A stretch of 64,000 bases of DNA from a bacterium (GTDB taxonomy: Bacteria > CAIWAD01): positions 87,052 through 151,051 of the forward strand of contig JAUXWS010000059.1 in NCBI GenBank assembly GCA_030685015.1, given 5' to 3'. The translations under genes and the position numbers were made by a program. Shown here in pieces: positions 36,398 to 45,768 of this stretch; within the stretch, counting starts at the first letter, position 1, and every line of letters begins with the position of its first letter. Under the pieces are notes generated by a model. It ran no database searches and was not told where the DNA came from. It was given only the letters and a program-made list of their open reading frames with translations.

Positions 36398-38337
36398 GCT
36401 CCCGCCTCCCGTTCCTTCCGGGGGACGAGCAAGGGCATGGGCAGGTCCAGTCCACGGGCCAGGATCCGGATCAGGAAGAGGCCGTCCGGGGTCAGCTGGT
36501 TGTCCAGCGCGCCGCAGGCCATGGCCCCGCGCATCAACCGGATGCGGTCGGGCCGGGGCAGGGCGCCCAGTTCCTCCATGGCCGCCTCCAGTTCGCGACC
36601 ATCCCCCGGGGGCGGGGGCAGGGCGCCCTCTTCAGGCAAGGCGGCCTCGCGGCAGCCGGCGGCGAAGGCGCGGGCCGCTCCCTCCTCATCCTCATGCTCC
36701 AGGCGGGCCAGGGCGGTCAAGAGCAGACGGGCGGAAGGCGCAGCCTGGACCAGGTTCCCCCGGTGCGCCGGCGGGCGTCGCCCCAAGCCATGGGCGCCGT
36801 CCAGGTGGTGGAGCACGAGCCGCTGCAGAAGCCACTCCCGCAGACTGATTGCCTGGTCGGCCTCGATCAATTCCAGCAGGGCCTGGCGGAAGAGCAGGGC
36901 CTGCGGGCGCGACAGGCCGTGCAGTGTGGCCAGGGCCAGGTCCACGAGCGGCAACCTAAGCTCGGGGGCAAGGGCCTGCATGGGCGGGACCAGCTTGTCC
37001 GCCAGGTCCGCCAAGCCGCCCGCGCCCAGGGCGCGCACCAGCACCAGCTGGCGTTGGCGGGCCTCCGGCGTGGCATCCGCCGCCAGGGCGAGCAGAAGTG
37101 CCTGGGCGCCCAGGGGGTCCTGGCTTTCGCCCGCCAGATCGGGCGGCAGTCTGCCCAGCAGGCCACGGGCATAGCCCAGGCTGCGCGTGTCCGCCTGGCC
37201 GGCCTGATCCAGCGCCTCCAAAGCCGCTGAGACACTCAAGAGGCGGCGGACCGGAGCGGCCGCAGCCGGGCGGCCCGCCGCGGCGGGCAAGGGGGCCGGA
37301 TTCCGCGCCCGCGGCAGCGGCTCCTGCCAGCGGCCGTCCCAGTCCGGGTCCAGGCGCCGCACCCGCTCCGCCAGCGGGGGATGCGTGGCCAGCGGATTGC
37401 GGAGGGAGGCCTTCACCCCCAGGCTGAAGTAGGCGTGGCTGAACTCCGAGGCGTTCGGCGTTCGCAGGAGGGATCCTTGCGGGGCGCCGCCGATCCTTTT
37501 CAGAGCCCCGGCCAGGCCGGCGGGGTGGCGCGTGTATTGCACGGCGGCAGCGTCCGCGTGGAACTCGCGCTGGCGGCTGATGAGCGCCTTGATCAGGTTG
37601 CCGAAGAAGGAGCCGATGTAGCCCACGGCCAACAAGGCCAGCGCGGCCAGGCCCAGCGCCGCGCCGACGCTTCCCACGCCGCCACGGCCCCGCGTCCCGC
37701 CCAGGCGCACTCCCCGCAGGTGGCGCAGGACGAACTCGCCGGTCAGGCCCAGCAGCAGGATGCCGTGCAGGGTACCCGCCAAATGCAGGTTCCTCGCCAT
37801 GTCGCCCCCCGTGATGTGGCTGATCTCGTGGGCGACGACGCCCTGCAGCTCATCGCGGGACAAGGATTCCACGGCACCGCGCGTCACCCCGATGACGGCA
37901 TCGGCGGGAGTCCAGCCGGCGGCGAAGGCGTTGATCGCCGGCTCGTCAAGCAGAAAGACGGCGGGCACGGGGATGCCGGCGGCCAGGGCCATCTCCTCGA
38001 CCACGTTGAGCAGCTTCCGCAGCTGTGGGTCCTGGCTGGAGGGGTGCACGCGCCGGCCGCCCAGCCCTTCCGCCACGGTTCGGCCGCCGCCGGCCAGCTG
38101 CCTCAGCTTGAGCAGGCTGCCCAACACGATCACGGTCAGCACGGCCAAGGCCACGGCCAGGGCGAGGCCCGGCTCCTGGCCGCTGAGGATTTGCCCCGAC
38201 CAAGTGCGGGTCCCCTTGAGGGCGAGCAGGACCGCGGCGACGGCCGCCGCCATGATGCCCGCCACGGCCAGCCCGAAGAGCAGCACCAGCCAGCCCGTGT
38301 TGCGCCGGGCGAGATCCTGGGCGTGGTGGAAGTTCAT
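36394..38337 (-). CDS. M48 (HtpX-like) membrane metallopeptidase with C-terminal extension
   Basis: NVVEEMALAAG, INAFAAG, HEISH, SRQREFHADA, THPPL; follows lemA as is typical. Confidence 0.9.
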   Translation of the reverse strand: MNFHHAQDLARRNTGWLVLLFGLAVAGIMAAAVAAVLLALKGTRTWSGQILSGQEPGLALAVALAVLTVIVLGSLLKLRQLAGGGRTVAEGLGGRRVHPSSQDPQLRKLLNVVEEMALAAGIPVPAVFLLDEPAINAFAAGWTPADAVIGVTRGAVESLSRDELQGVVAHEISHITGGDMARNLHLAGTLHGILLLGLTGEFVLRHLRGVRLGGTRGRGGVGSVGAALGLAALALLAVGYIGSFFGNLIKALISRQREFHADAAAVQYTRHPAGLAGALKRIGGAPQGSLLRTPNASEFSHAYFSLGVKASLRNPLATHPPLAERVRRLDPDWDGRWQEPLPRARNPAPLPAAAGRPAAAAPVRRLLSVSAALEALDQAGQADTRSLGYARGLLGRLPPDLAGESQDPLGAQALLLALAADATPEARQRQLVLVRALGAGGLADLADKLVPPMQALAPELRLPLVDLALATLHGLSRPQALLFRQALLELIEADQAISLREWLLQRLVLHHLDGAHGLGRRPPAHRGNLVQAAPSARLLLTALARLEHEDEEGAARAFAAGCREAALPEEGALPPPPGDGRELEAAMEELGALPRPDRIRLMRGAMACGALDNQLTPDGLFLIRILARGLDLPMPLLVPRKEREAGA

Positions 38338-38356
38338 GGCGCGCCCCCGGTTCTCC

Positions 38357-38950
38357 TCAGAAACTCACCTTGGGCGCCGCCTGGAACTGCGCGCTGTCGG
38401 CGAACTCCAGCAGGGAGGCGTCGACGGGGTGGCCGAAGACCGGCGCGAACAGGGTGGTCGGAAAGGATTGGCGCGTGCTGTTGTAGTCCGTCACCTGGTC
38501 GTTGTAGGCCTGGCGGGCGAAGGCGACCCTGTTTTCCGTGCTGGTCAGCTCCTCGCTGAGCTGCATCATGGTGGTGTTGGCCTTGAGGTCCGGGTAGGCC
38601 TCCATCACGACGCTCAAGCGGCCCAGGGCATCGGAGAGCCCGCCCTCCGCGCGGCCGAGCCCGGCCATGGCCGCCCCGGCGCCTGGTTGGGCCTTGGCCG
38701 CCTCAAGCATGGCCAGCGCCGTGTTGCGCGCGGCGATCACCGCCTCCAGGGTCTCCCGTTCATGCGAGATGTAGCCCTTGGCCGTCTCCACCAGGTTGGG
38801 GATGAGGTCGTAGCGGCGCTTGAGCTGCACCTCGATCTGGGCGAAGGCGTTCTGGTAGCGGTTGCGCAGGAGCACCAGGCGGTTGTAGATGCCGATCACG
38901 TAGAGGAAGAGGACACCCAGCAGCGCCAGCACAATGACGATTCCCAGCAT
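38357..38950 (-). CDS. lemA: LemA family protein
   Basis: N-terminal TM; YNRLV..QIEVQLKRRYDLIPNLV; EAYPDLKAN; ENRVAFARQAYN. Confidence 0.95.
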   Translation of the reverse strand: MLGIVIVLALLGVLFLYVIGIYNRLVLLRNRYQNAFAQIEVQLKRRYDLIPNLVETAKGYISHERETLEAVIAARNTALAMLEAAKAQPGAGAAMAGLGRAEGGLSDALGRLSVVMEAYPDLKANTTMMQLSEELTSTENRVAFARQAYNDQVTDYNSTRQSFPTTLFAPVFGHPVDASLLEFADSAQFQAAPKVSF

Positions 38951-39223
38951 GATCATCTCCTTGATTGGCGGGCGCGGACCGCCCGCGTCGGGGGGACGCC
39001 CCAATACGGCGAAATCAGGACGCAAGTGGAAGCGGCATGGCCCAGCAGCCTGTCGGACTTGGCCACTTGGCGGTCTTCATCGCCCCATTCGGTCCGGATT
39101 TTCCGCAAGTTTCTTGAACAGACCACCAGTATGCCCTGCGAAACTTCCGAAAAACCGGCCTCGATTTGGGCGCGAATCCCATCCAAGGCCCAAGCCCGAC
39201 AGGCTGTTAGTCGCCGGGGAAGG

Positions 39224-40537
39224 TCAGGCGCACTCCTGGCCTGGCAACAGGCCGCGGCGGACGTAGACGGCGTGGGCCATCTGCCGCAGTCGCGGCATGC
39301 GCGGCAGCGCCAACGCGGCACAGGCGGCGTAGACCAGGGCGCCGCAGGCCAGGGCCCAGGGGGCGCTCCAGACATCCGCCAGCCAGCCCAACAACAAGGC
39401 CCCCACGGGGAAGCTGCCCATGAAGGACATGGTGTAGAAGCTCATCACGCGGCCGCGCTGCTCGTCCTCCACCAGGGTCTGCAACAGTGTGTTGCTGCCG
39501 GCCATCTGGATCATCTGCCCGAATCCGATGGGCAGCATGAGCAGCAGGGAGAGCCAGACCGAGGTGGAGAGGGCGAAGGCGACCAGGGCCAGGCAGAAGA
39601 TGCCCGCCGAGATGACGATGAGTCGGCCGAGACCCAGGACGCTGCGGCGCGAGGCCAGATGAAAAGCTCCGCCGAGGGCGCCCACGCCCACGCCGCCCAT
39701 GAGGAAGCCCAGCGTGTCCGGGCCGCCGCCCAGGATGTCGCGGGCGAAGACGGGGAGCAGCACGGTGTAGGTCATGCCGACGAAGTTGAAGACCATCAGC
39801 AGGAGCAGGATGGCCCAGAGCGGGGGATTACCCATGACATAGCGCCAGCTCTCGCCCAGGCCCTCCCGCAAGCCGCGCCGCCGCTCCCGGGCACGGGCCT
39901 CGTCCCGGGCGGGGAGTCGCATCATCAGCAGGCAGGCCAGCACGGCCACATAGCTCAGGCCGTTGGCCAGGAAACAGACCCCCTCACCGGCCAGCGCGAT
40001 GAGCAGGCCGGCCAGGGAGGGTCCCAGCAGGCGGGCGCCGTTGAACATGGAGGAGTTGAGGGCGATGGCATTTCCCAGATCCCGGCGGTCGTCCACCAGC
40101 TCCACCAGGAGGGCATGGCGCACGGGCATGTCGAATCCGTTGATGGCGGCCATCAGCACGCTCAAGGCGACGACGTGCCAGAGCTGGATCCAGCCGCCCA
40201 GCACCAGCGCCGCCAGCAGCAGGGCCTGCAGCATGGACATCACTTGGGTGGCGAAGAGCAGACGGTGCTTGTCCACCCGGTCGGCGATGGCGCCGGCCAG
40301 CGGCGCGATGAGGAAGGTGGGCAGGTTGCCGGCGAAACTCAGCAGGCCCAGCAGGAAGGCCGAGTCGGTCAGGCGGTAGACCAGCCAGGCCAGCGCCACC
40401 CGCTGCATCCAGGTCCCCACCAGCGACACGCCTTGTCCCAGGAAGAAGAGCCGGTAGTTGCGGTGACGCAGGGCGCGCCCCACGATGGCCAGACGGGGGA
40501 TGGGCGCGAAATCGCGCCAGGCGGAGAGGCGGAGCAT
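39224..40537 (-). CDS. MFS transporter (MFS_3/DHA3-like)
   Basis: ALRHRNYRLFFLGQ.VS..GTWMQ; GAIADRVDK motif A; about 12 TM segments. Confidence 0.92.
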   Translation of the reverse strand: MLRLSAWRDFAPIPRLAIVGRALRHRNYRLFFLGQGVSLVGTWMQRVALAWLVYRLTDSAFLLGLLSFAGNLPTFLIAPLAGAIADRVDKHRLLFATQVMSMLQALLLAALVLGGWIQLWHVVALSVLMAAINGFDMPVRHALLVELVDDRRDLGNAIALNSSMFNGARLLGPSLAGLLIALAGEGVCFLANGLSYVAVLACLLMMRLPARDEARARERRRGLREGLGESWRYVMGNPPLWAILLLLMVFNFVGMTYTVLLPVFARDILGGGPDTLGFLMGGVGVGALGGAFHLASRRSVLGLGRLIVISAGIFCLALVAFALSTSVWLSLLLMLPIGFGQMIQMAGSNTLLQTLVEDEQRGRVMSFYTMSFMGSFPVGALLLGWLADVWSAPWALACGALVYAACAALALPRMPRLRQMAHAVYVRRGLLPGQECA

Positions 40538-40625
40538 GCGGGCGCCTTCAGGTCGGGACGGGTCTGTGGTCCTCGCCGGTCGAATCCGATGGGCCGCAAG
40601 CTAAGGAACTGGCCGCAAGCAGGGC

Positions 40626-41114
40626 TCAGGCCGCATCCTTGTCGTCCGACTGCTTGCCGCTCAGGGACTCGATCTCGATGGCCCACACCCGCGTCCGCTC
40701 CAGGCTGGCCGGCTGGTAGTCCCAGGCGCCCTGGCCGCCATAGTGGCGCATGATTTCGTCCAGGGCGGCGCGCCGCTCGTCGTGGCTGCGCAACTCCCGC
40801 ACGAGGCCGGTGCCGATCACCGAGCGGTAGGCGAAGCTCCAGGAGCAGGCCCTGTCCGGATGCGTCAGCAGGCGCAGGTCGCAGTGGGCCGCGAAACAGA
40901 CGCGGGGGTTCCTGGCCAGCATCTCCAGTTTGCGGCCCTCCCGCGCCGTGTGGAAGAAGAGGCGGCGGCCGTCATAACCGAAGGAAAGCGGCACCAGGTA
41001 AGGCTCCTGATCCACCGCCATGGCCAGGTGCAGCAGCTCCGCGCCGTGGAGCACCTCATCCAGGCCGGCCCGCGAGTCCATGGCCTTGTCCCGCCGGCGC
41101 AGGGGCCGTTGCAT
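40626..41114 (-). CDS. Pyridoxamine 5'-phosphate oxidase-like FMN-binding protein (NimA family)
   Basis: LRRRDK, PYLVPLSFGY, FHTA.EGRK...NPRVCF, YRSVIG.G, SGK. Confidence 0.88.
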   Translation of the reverse strand: MQRPLRRRDKAMDSRAGLDEVLHGAELLHLAMAVDQEPYLVPLSFGYDGRRLFFHTAREGRKLEMLARNPRVCFAAHCDLRLLTHPDRACSWSFAYRSVIGTGLVRELRSHDERRAALDEIMRHYGGQGAWDYQPASLERTRVWAIEIESLSGKQSDDKDAA

Positions 41115-41129
41115 GTCCATGGCTCCCCC

Positions 41130-41164
41130 AAAAAGACCAGCCCCCGATCCGGACGGGGGCTGGT
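41130..41164 (-). terminator. Rho-independent terminator of the RRM gene
   Basis: Minus strand ACCAGCCCCCG-TCCGGAT-CGGGGGCTGGT-CTTTTT. Confidence 0.88.
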
Positions 41165-41193
41165 GGATTGTCCACGTGGGCTGGTTCGAAGGG

Positions 41194-41577
41194 CTAGAAA
41201 CGACGGTTGCCGCCGCCTCCGTAGCCGCCACCACCGCCGCCGCTGCGATTGCCGCCGCCGCCGCCGAAGCCGCCGCGACCGCCCCCGCCCCCGCCGAAAC
41301 CGCCGCCGCCGCGGGGCCGGCTGCCCTCCTCGCGCGGACGGGCCTCGTTGACGGTGAGGGCGCGACCGTTGATCTCCTTGCCGTTCAATTCGGCGATGGC
41401 CGTGGCCGCCTCGCCGTCATTGGCCATCTCCACGAAGCCGAAGCCTTTGGAGCGATTCGTGTCGCGATCCATGATGACCGTGGCCGACGTGACCTGGCCG
41501 TAGGCTCCGAACAGCTCCTCGAGGTCCTGGCTGCCCATGGTGAAGTTCAAGTTGCCGACGTACAACTTCTTGCTCAT
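41194..41577 (-). CDS. RRM-domain RNA-binding protein with glycine-rich tail
   Basis: RNP2 LYVGNL, RNP1 KGFGFVEM, VNEARPR, Gly/RGG tail. Confidence 0.96.
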   Translation of the reverse strand: MSKKLYVGNLNFTMGSQDLEELFGAYGQVTSATVIMDRDTNRSKGFGFVEMANDGEAATAIAELNGKEINGRALTVNEARPREEGSRPRGGGGFGGGGGGRGGFGGGGGNRSGGGGGGYGGGGNRRF

Positions 41578-41880
41578 CGAAAAGACTCCTGTTGGAAGAA
41601 CTGTGAGGATCCACGCCGTGCCTTGAACGTGTCAGCCCGGAGCTGCCTCGTTTCGAACCACGCCCCTGTCACGTCGCCCCGGCCGTCCGGCCCAGCGGAG
41701 CGGACCCGGATTCCCGCCCGAATGCTCCTTCCAGCAAGGACATACGCGACAAGCGGCGCGGGAATGTAGTGTTAGCGGGGGGGAAGTCCACTCACAATTT
41801 CGCATGGACAATCGCCGATCCAGGCCAGGCCGGGATCTCCCTTCACAGTCCGGAGCATGGCTGGTCGGCGCGATCGCGGT

Positions 41881-41912
41881 AAATGAAAGAGGGTGCCCGC
41901 GGGCACCCTCTT
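41881..41912 (-). terminator. Terminator-like hairpin after selenoprotein A
   Basis: Perfect palindrome AAGAGGGTGCCC-GC-GGGCACCCTCTT followed on the minus strand by TCATTT. Confidence 0.75.
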
Positions 41913-41934
41913 CGGCGTCAGGATGTCGTCGGCC

Positions 41935-43722
41935 TCACTTGACCAGCATGACCTTCATCGCGTCGCGGGGCAGGCCGTCCACCACCAGCCGCACGAGGTA
42001 GAGGCCGCTGGCCAGCTCGGCGCCGTCCAGGGTGCGGGCGTGGGTGCCCGCCGCCTGGCGGCCCGCCTCAAGACGCCGCAGCTCCTGCCCCAGGGTGTTG
42101 AAGACGGCCAGCGCCACCGCGCCTTCCCGCTCCAGGCGATATTCCACCGTGGTGGTCGGATTGAAGGGGTTGGGCGTGGCCTGCACCAGGCGGAAGTCCT
42201 GCGGGCCGGCCGCCGGCGCCGGCGTCACGCCGGTCCCCATGAAGTAGTCCATGACGTGCTCGAGGAACATGGGCATGTTCATGGAACCGGTGACCGAGGA
42301 ATGGATGCGCGTGGCCTCAACGGGGAAACCGCAGAATATGGCGGCGTAGGGCGTGCCGGTGGTGTAAACCGCCGCCGGGGCGTTGGCCACCTGCCGCCAG
42401 GTGCCGAAGACCACGCCGGGTGCCGTCACGTCCAGCACGTCGGGATCCTGGCTGTTGTTGGCGCCCTGCACGCCGGTGATGACGAAGGCGGTGCCGTCGA
42501 ACCAGGTGTCGCCCGCCACGCCATCGATCACGAAGACGGAGCCGGCATCGGTGTCGGTCACGGTCACGCCGAAGTAGTCGGCCAGGAAGTCGGCCCGGGC
42601 GGGATTGGTGGACATGAACTGGCTCGACAAGAGCAGCCGTCCTCCGCCGTCCAGGAAGGTGCGCAGACCAGCCTCCTCGGCGTCGGTGACGTCGTTCTGC
42701 TTGATGCCGCCCAGCCACAGGATGCGCTCATAGCGGCCCATTTCGTCGGCGGCCAGGGGATTGTTCAAGCCGGACCAGACGTCGTGGCCGATCCCGGCCA
42801 GATCCAGGGCGGAGGTGACGAAGCTCTCGTTGTCGTCCATGCCGCCGTCGCTATCCACCAGCAAGGTGGCCGGGCGGCCAATGCGCTGGGTGTGGGTCAG
42901 CGTGCCCGTGGCCGTGCCGCCGTTGTAGGGGGCCGAGTACGCGAAGCTAAAGGTGGCCCAGTGCGGCTCGATGCCGGCGGCGACGGTGTAGACGAAGGGG
43001 CCGCTCCCTTCCACGGTCTCGCCCGGTTGGGCGGCTGGGAAGGTGACGGTGTTCTGGGTGATGGTCACGGCCGGGTCGCTGCAGGTCATGACCACCGTGC
43101 AGCCGTTGGCGGGGACGGCGATGGGGCTGTTGCGCAAGCTCAGGTCGTAGTGGATGGTCTCGCCGCCGTCGGGCCGGCCGTCCCCGTTGTCGTCGGAGAC
43201 GATGGCCAGCGATTGCACGGTGAACACAGGATAAGCAACCGACATGTACTGGTTGATGATGTTGTGCATCGCGCCTTCACTGAACCCGCTAGCCGTGTAG
43301 CGGACGATACCGTCTGTGTCCAGAATGACGTTGTATGGTATGTAGTTGTTGCCGTATTGGCTGTAGATGCTGGCGCAGCCCGTCAACACCAGGAAGGTGG
43401 GGTTGTACTGGTCCCAATGGGCATGCAGGGCGGCCGCTGAGGCGTTGTCCGTGTCGATGTGGACCAGTTCGAAGGCGGCGGGATCGTAGACTTGCTCAAA
43501 GTTGGTTTGAAGCACCGGAAACTCGGTGTTGCAGGAGGGTCACCACGTGGCACCGAAGTTTATCACCACCACCTTGCCCCGCTGGGCGTAGAGGTTCCAG
43601 CTGCCACCGTTCCAGTCGTTGCAGGTGAAGTCCGTCGGCGTTTGGCCCACCATCCAGGCGGCCTCAGCCGACAGGGCCATGCCCAGGGTGACCACGCCCA
43701 GCGCGATCGCGTTCTTCATCAT
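41935..43722 (-). CDS. Selenoprotein A: exported TlpA/ResA-like thioredoxin-fold protein (UxxC, Sec61) plus Ig-like and alpha/beta domains and FlgD-Ig/T9SS-type C-terminal domain (595 aa)
   Basis: ORFs 43540-43854 and 41935-43515 are in frame across TGA 43542-43540, giving GKVVVINFGATW-U-PSCNTEFPVL; signal peptide; SD GGGAGG; SECIS-like hairpin; PNPFNP C-terminal domain. Confidence 0.88.
43508..43533 (-). promoter_or_regulatory. Putative bacterial SECIS element (selenoprotein A)
   Basis: TGCAACACCG-AGTTTC-CGGTGCTTCA hairpin (two mismatches); loop starts 16 nt after UGA, with G at loop position 2 followed by U. Confidence 0.75.
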
Positions 43723-43870
43723 TCCGCCTCCCTGATGGGTCCATGTATTGAACCATGGACCTGTGTTGTTCCGATTGAATGCTTTGTCAACCGCCGGGAG
43801 CATGATCGCACCATGCTCCCGGGAGATTTGGCAATTCCGAAGCAAATTCAGCAACTCCCGCGCCAGAAGA

Positions 43871-45595
43871 TCAGCGCACGGCCCGCACCTGGAAGTAGAG
43901 CTGTTCCACGCCGGGCAGGAACAGAACCGCGGGGGGCTGCTCCGTCTCCATCACCGGCTGTCCTGGAAAAGTCCAGGGCTGGGCCGATTGGTACACGCGA
44001 TATCCGGTGGCGCCGGGCACGGGCGTCCAATGCAGCGTGGCCGCGCCGGCGGTCATGCCCAGCGACAGGTCCGTCACCGGGTCCGGGGGCGTGGCGGGAT
44101 GGGCCGCGTGCCAGGCGAAGGCGCGCTGCAGGAAGCCGGCCATGGTCACGGAGGCCGGCAGCGGTCCATAGAGACGCAAGGCCTCGAGGGGGAATCCGCA
44201 GAAAATGCTGTTGAATCCGCCGCCCGCCAGGTAGGCCGCGGCGGGACCCAACGTCCCCTGGCGCCAAGCGGCCATCTGCACCGCCGGCGGCGTCACCGCG
44301 ATGACATCGGGATGCACGTTGTTGTTGGCCGCCGCCGCCCCCGACAGGATGAGGTCCATGCCGCCGAACCAGGGGTCGTCGGCCGTGGTGGTGGCCCAGA
44401 AGATGTTGCCGCCGGTGAGCGCCGTCGTTTGCACGCCGAAGCGCTGGGCGAGGAAGGGGGCGTTCTGCGCGTTGCTGGAGGCGTACTGGCTGGAAAGCAC
44501 CAGCAGGCCGCCACGGTCCAGGAAGGCCTCCAGCACGGCCCGCTCCGCCGCGGTGATGTCCGGGTTGCGGATGCCGCCCAGCCAGATGATGCGCTGGTAT
44601 CTCAGCGCCTCCACCTCGCTCAGGGCGCCCTGCTGGTCCAGGGCCCACAGGTCGGCGGCCACGCCCAGGGCCGAGAGCGCGTTCAGGGCGTAGCTCTCGT
44701 TGTCGTCCATCTCGCCGTCGGCATCCACCAGCAGCAGGTCGGGACGGGCGATGCGCTGCTGGACCAACAGGTTCTGCTCCCAGGTGCCGCCCTCGAAGTT
44801 GGCCGACACGTGGATCTGGAAATCCGCCCAGTGCGGCTCCGCTTCGGACGACACGATGAAACTGAAGGCCGGCGTCTGCACGACCTGGCCCGGTGCCATG
44901 GCCGCCACCGTGGCTTGCGCCACCTGCGGTGACAGGGCGCTGGAGGTGGTCGACCAACTGATGTTGATGGACTGGGCGGCCATGCCGTTGGGACTGTTGC
45001 GCAAGGTGAGGGCGAAGCTCACCTGCTCGCCGGGATCTGGCCGGCCGTCGCCGTTGTCGTCGGACAGGATGTCCACCGACAGCAGGTTGAAGAAGGGGTT
45101 GGGCAGGCTGAGATACTGCTGGATGACGGCGTGGATGGCCGACTCGTTGAAGCCCGAGGCGGTGTAGCGGACGATGCCCTCCGTGTCCAGCACCACGTTG
45201 TAGGGGATGTAGTTGTTGCCGTATTGATTGTAGATGCTGGCGCAGCCCACGAGGACGGGAAAGGTGGGGTTGTATTGGTTCCAGTGGGCGTGCAGGGCGG
45301 CGGCGCTGGCGTTGTCCGTGTCGATGTGGACGACTTCGAAGGCGGCGGGATCGTAGGAGGCCTCGAAGTTGGATTGCAACACCGGAAACTCGGTGTTACA
45401 AGACGGTCACCACGTGGCGCCGAAGTTGAGGAGGACCACCTTGCCGCGCTGGCTGTAGAGATTCCAGCTTTGGCCGTTCCAATCCGTGCAGGTGAAATCG
45501 GTGGGCGTGCTGCCGATGGTCCAGACGGCGGCCGCGGGCGCGCAAAGGACCATCGACAGAAACAGCCCGGTCAACAAACGGGCGCGGTGCTTCAT
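43871..45595 (-). CDS. Selenoprotein B: paralog with UxxC (Sec63) thioredoxin fold, the same central domains and an FN3-like C-terminal domain (574 aa)
   Basis: ORFs 45407-45595 and 43871-45382 are in frame across TGA 45409-45407, giving GKVVLLNFGATW-U-PSCNTEFPVL; signal peptide (VLCAPAAA); SECIS-like hairpin. Confidence 0.88.
45374..45401 (-). promoter_or_regulatory. Putative bacterial SECIS element (selenoprotein B)
   Basis: TTGTAACACCG-AGTTTC-CGGTGTTGCAA, an 11-bp stem with one G-U; same loop and 16-nt spacing as in paralog A. Confidence 0.82.
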
Positions 45596-45768
45596 TAATC
45601 CCCCTGGTTCACAAGCGGAACAAACGTAAGGGCTGAGGTGGCTCGCTCCAAGAGAAAAGAGCCATCACGTCAATTATTCAGCGGGCGGGGATAGGCCTGA
45701 TGACACCCAGGCAGCTTGATGTCCCACCCCCCCGACACCTTGCCGGCGAATCACAAAGGAGGTGTCCC

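Noticed and set aside
41194..41330. GCC-rich tandem repeats
   Set aside because: They encode the glycine-rich tail of the RRM protein and are not a CRISPR array or independent repeat.
43540..45409. Treating the two TGA-interrupted genes as pseudogenes or as evidence of UGA=Trp/Gly recoding
   Set aside because: The same catalytic codon is affected in both paralogs, the frames are otherwise intact and SECIS-like hairpins follow. TGA is the normal stop for many coupled genes in this window.
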